From a virus (Duplodnaviria; Heunggongvirae; Uroviricota; Caudoviricetes), in IMG/VR virus record IMGVR_UViG_2645727810_000025, positions 1-43,893 of that record: a stretch of 43,893 nucleotides of DNA. The stretch is one strand, 5' to 3'. This document shows, one piece after another, positions 42,922-43,893 of this stretch. The notes beneath the pieces are model-generated. The model was given only the letters and a program-made list of their open reading frames with translations. It was not told where the DNA came from and did not search any database. The translations under genes and the position numbers were made by a program. The first letter of the stretch is position 1. Every line of letters starts with the position of its first letter.

Positions 42922-43893
42922 TTAAATATAAAATTCTTTCCTCACAGACGCTAAGGCCTTGGACACAGCCTGCTTTGTCATAGTTGTGTAGTGATTTTTT
43001 TCTAAAACCTGTGCGGTTTCAAACTGGTTAAAACCTTGGTGTTTTAATATGATTATTTTTTTCTTAGTATCAGTGAATTTGGAGTCAACCATTCGTCTGG
43101 CAATATTCCTAAGTTTATCTAGATCTGCTGGGGTTAAAGTTTGACCCTGCATCCACTCATGAAAATAGGTATCAATCAATATATCCCCTGTGTTTGCGTT
43201 AGCTTTATGCGGTTTAGCGCATTGCCGTCTAAGCCTTATTAATTCTTTATTGAACTGTTCGAGAGACCGCTTTCCTTGTCTGTATTTGGGATTCCATAGA
43301 CCATTGGTGAGTTTGGGCCTATGGTCAGAACAATATCGATGACTAAGGACCTGTTTTTCATGAACGGGGAACTCATTATCGTTAGCAACAAATTCTGATA
43401 TCTCACTGATCAACTTGGAAAATTCGGTTAGATTACCGCAGAACTCGCAATAACCGAGCTTACGCTGTGAATTTATAGTTACTCCTTTTGCAGGAGAGGA
43501 TTTCTTCGGCCGCTTGGATGCGCACTCACTGACTAATTCAATAAGAGACTCAATCGTAGCGGTAAAGCATTTATCAAGAGAAGTTTGTTGATCTAAAGTC
43601 AGAACGAAATTACGCAAAAGAAGTCTTTGTGCCTGTACTACGACGTTTAAGCCCACTTTTTTAAGTACATCACTAAATCCTAGATTTACTCCAGAAATGT
43701 AGTCTTTATGACTTGGTGGCAGGGAATTTACATAAGCAGCTACTGCTGGATCAATAACTTCCTGTATGAGACGCAGTATTGGATACCTCCGTGAAAATAT
43801 GGAGTACGGATAACTACGCTCTACAAATAATTTAATTGCAGCTGCAACTGTGAGGTCACAGCCTTCCCAGATAGTAATTTTCATGTCAACCAT
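42922..43893 (-). CDS. hypothetical protein with C-terminal HTH-like region and Cys/His motifs (323 aa)
   Basis: Complete ORF with ATG at the window edge; AT-rich; C-terminus (KKKIIILKHQGFNQFETAQVLEKNHYTTMTKQAVSKALASVRKEF) resembles a sigma-70 region 4 / LuxR-type HTH; CEFCGN and CSDH motifs suggest metal binding. Confidence 0.55.
   Translation of the reverse strand: MVDMKITIWEGCDLTVAAAIKLFVERSYPYSIFSRRYPILRLIQEVIDPAVAAYVNSLPPSHKDYISGVNLGFSDVLKKVGLNVVVQAQRLLLRNFVLTLDQQTSLDKCFTATIESLIELVSECASKRPKKSSPAKGVTINSQRKLGYCEFCGNLTEFSKLISEISEFVANDNEFPVHEKQVLSHRYCSDHRPKLTNGLWNPKYRQGKRSLEQFNKELIRLRRQCAKPHKANANTGDILIDTYFHEWMQGQTLTPADLDKLRNIARRMVDSKFTDTKKKIIILKHQGFNQFETAQVLEKNHYTTMTKQAVSKALASVRKEFYI

Noticed and set aside
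1-43893. CRISPR array, rRNA or canonical tRNA genes anywhere in the window
   Set aside because: No run of regularly spaced direct repeats with unique spacers and no rRNA-like or cloverleaf-compatible sequence found on manual inspection; a tRNAscan or CRISPR finder run would be needed to be certain.

Overview
The window is a dense, phage-derived region with no rRNA, tRNA or CRISPR array detected by eye. Positions 1-39969 look like most of a temperate phage or prophage, and a second integrase-led, AT-rich cargo segment begins near 40401. All family assignments are from reading the translated ORFs by eye; no database search was run. CDS coordinates follow the supplied ORF track, with starts re-chosen where an ATG plus Shine-Dalgarno (SD) fits better; the track treats GTG/TTG as M. 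Motif and terminator coordinates were counted by hand and may be off by 1-2 nt. Layout: (i) 1-5611, a leftward early operon of translationally coupled genes (Dam-like methylase, AlpA-like regulator, RecT/Bet-like annealing protein, PD-(D/E)XK exonuclease, charged coiled-coil protein); (ii) 5493-6416, a lambdoid-style switch with a two-HTH CI-like repressor divergent from a Cro/YdaS-like gene; (iii) 6838-12637, rightward early genes (Ser/Thr phosphatase, DnaT-like protein, RuvC-like resolvase, Ea22-like, DUF551-like); (iv) 12741-14812, terminase small and large subunits; (v) 14845-16846, an insertion between terminase and portal with two leftward small genes and about 0.9 kb of hairpin-rich DNA with no long ORF; (vi) 16861-33061, a podovirus structural module with T7-like character (portal, scaffold, capsid, tubular-like proteins, gp14-like and SLT-domain internal proteins); (vii) 33063-35352, an accessory island inside the late operon (secreted and membrane proteins, Bro-N antirepressor, candidate small RNA); (viii) 35457-39969, tail fibre/spike and a lysis cassette with Rz1 embedded in Rz; (ix) 40401-43893, tyrosine integrase plus AT-rich cargo. 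The strongest findings are a 15-bp palindrome TTACC-N5-GGTAA repeated at 11 or more promoter-proximal positions, the ORF-free structured region at 15641-16534, a 12-bp palindrome GTGACATGTCAC at three gene ends, and a C4-like RNA candidate upstream of the antirepressor.
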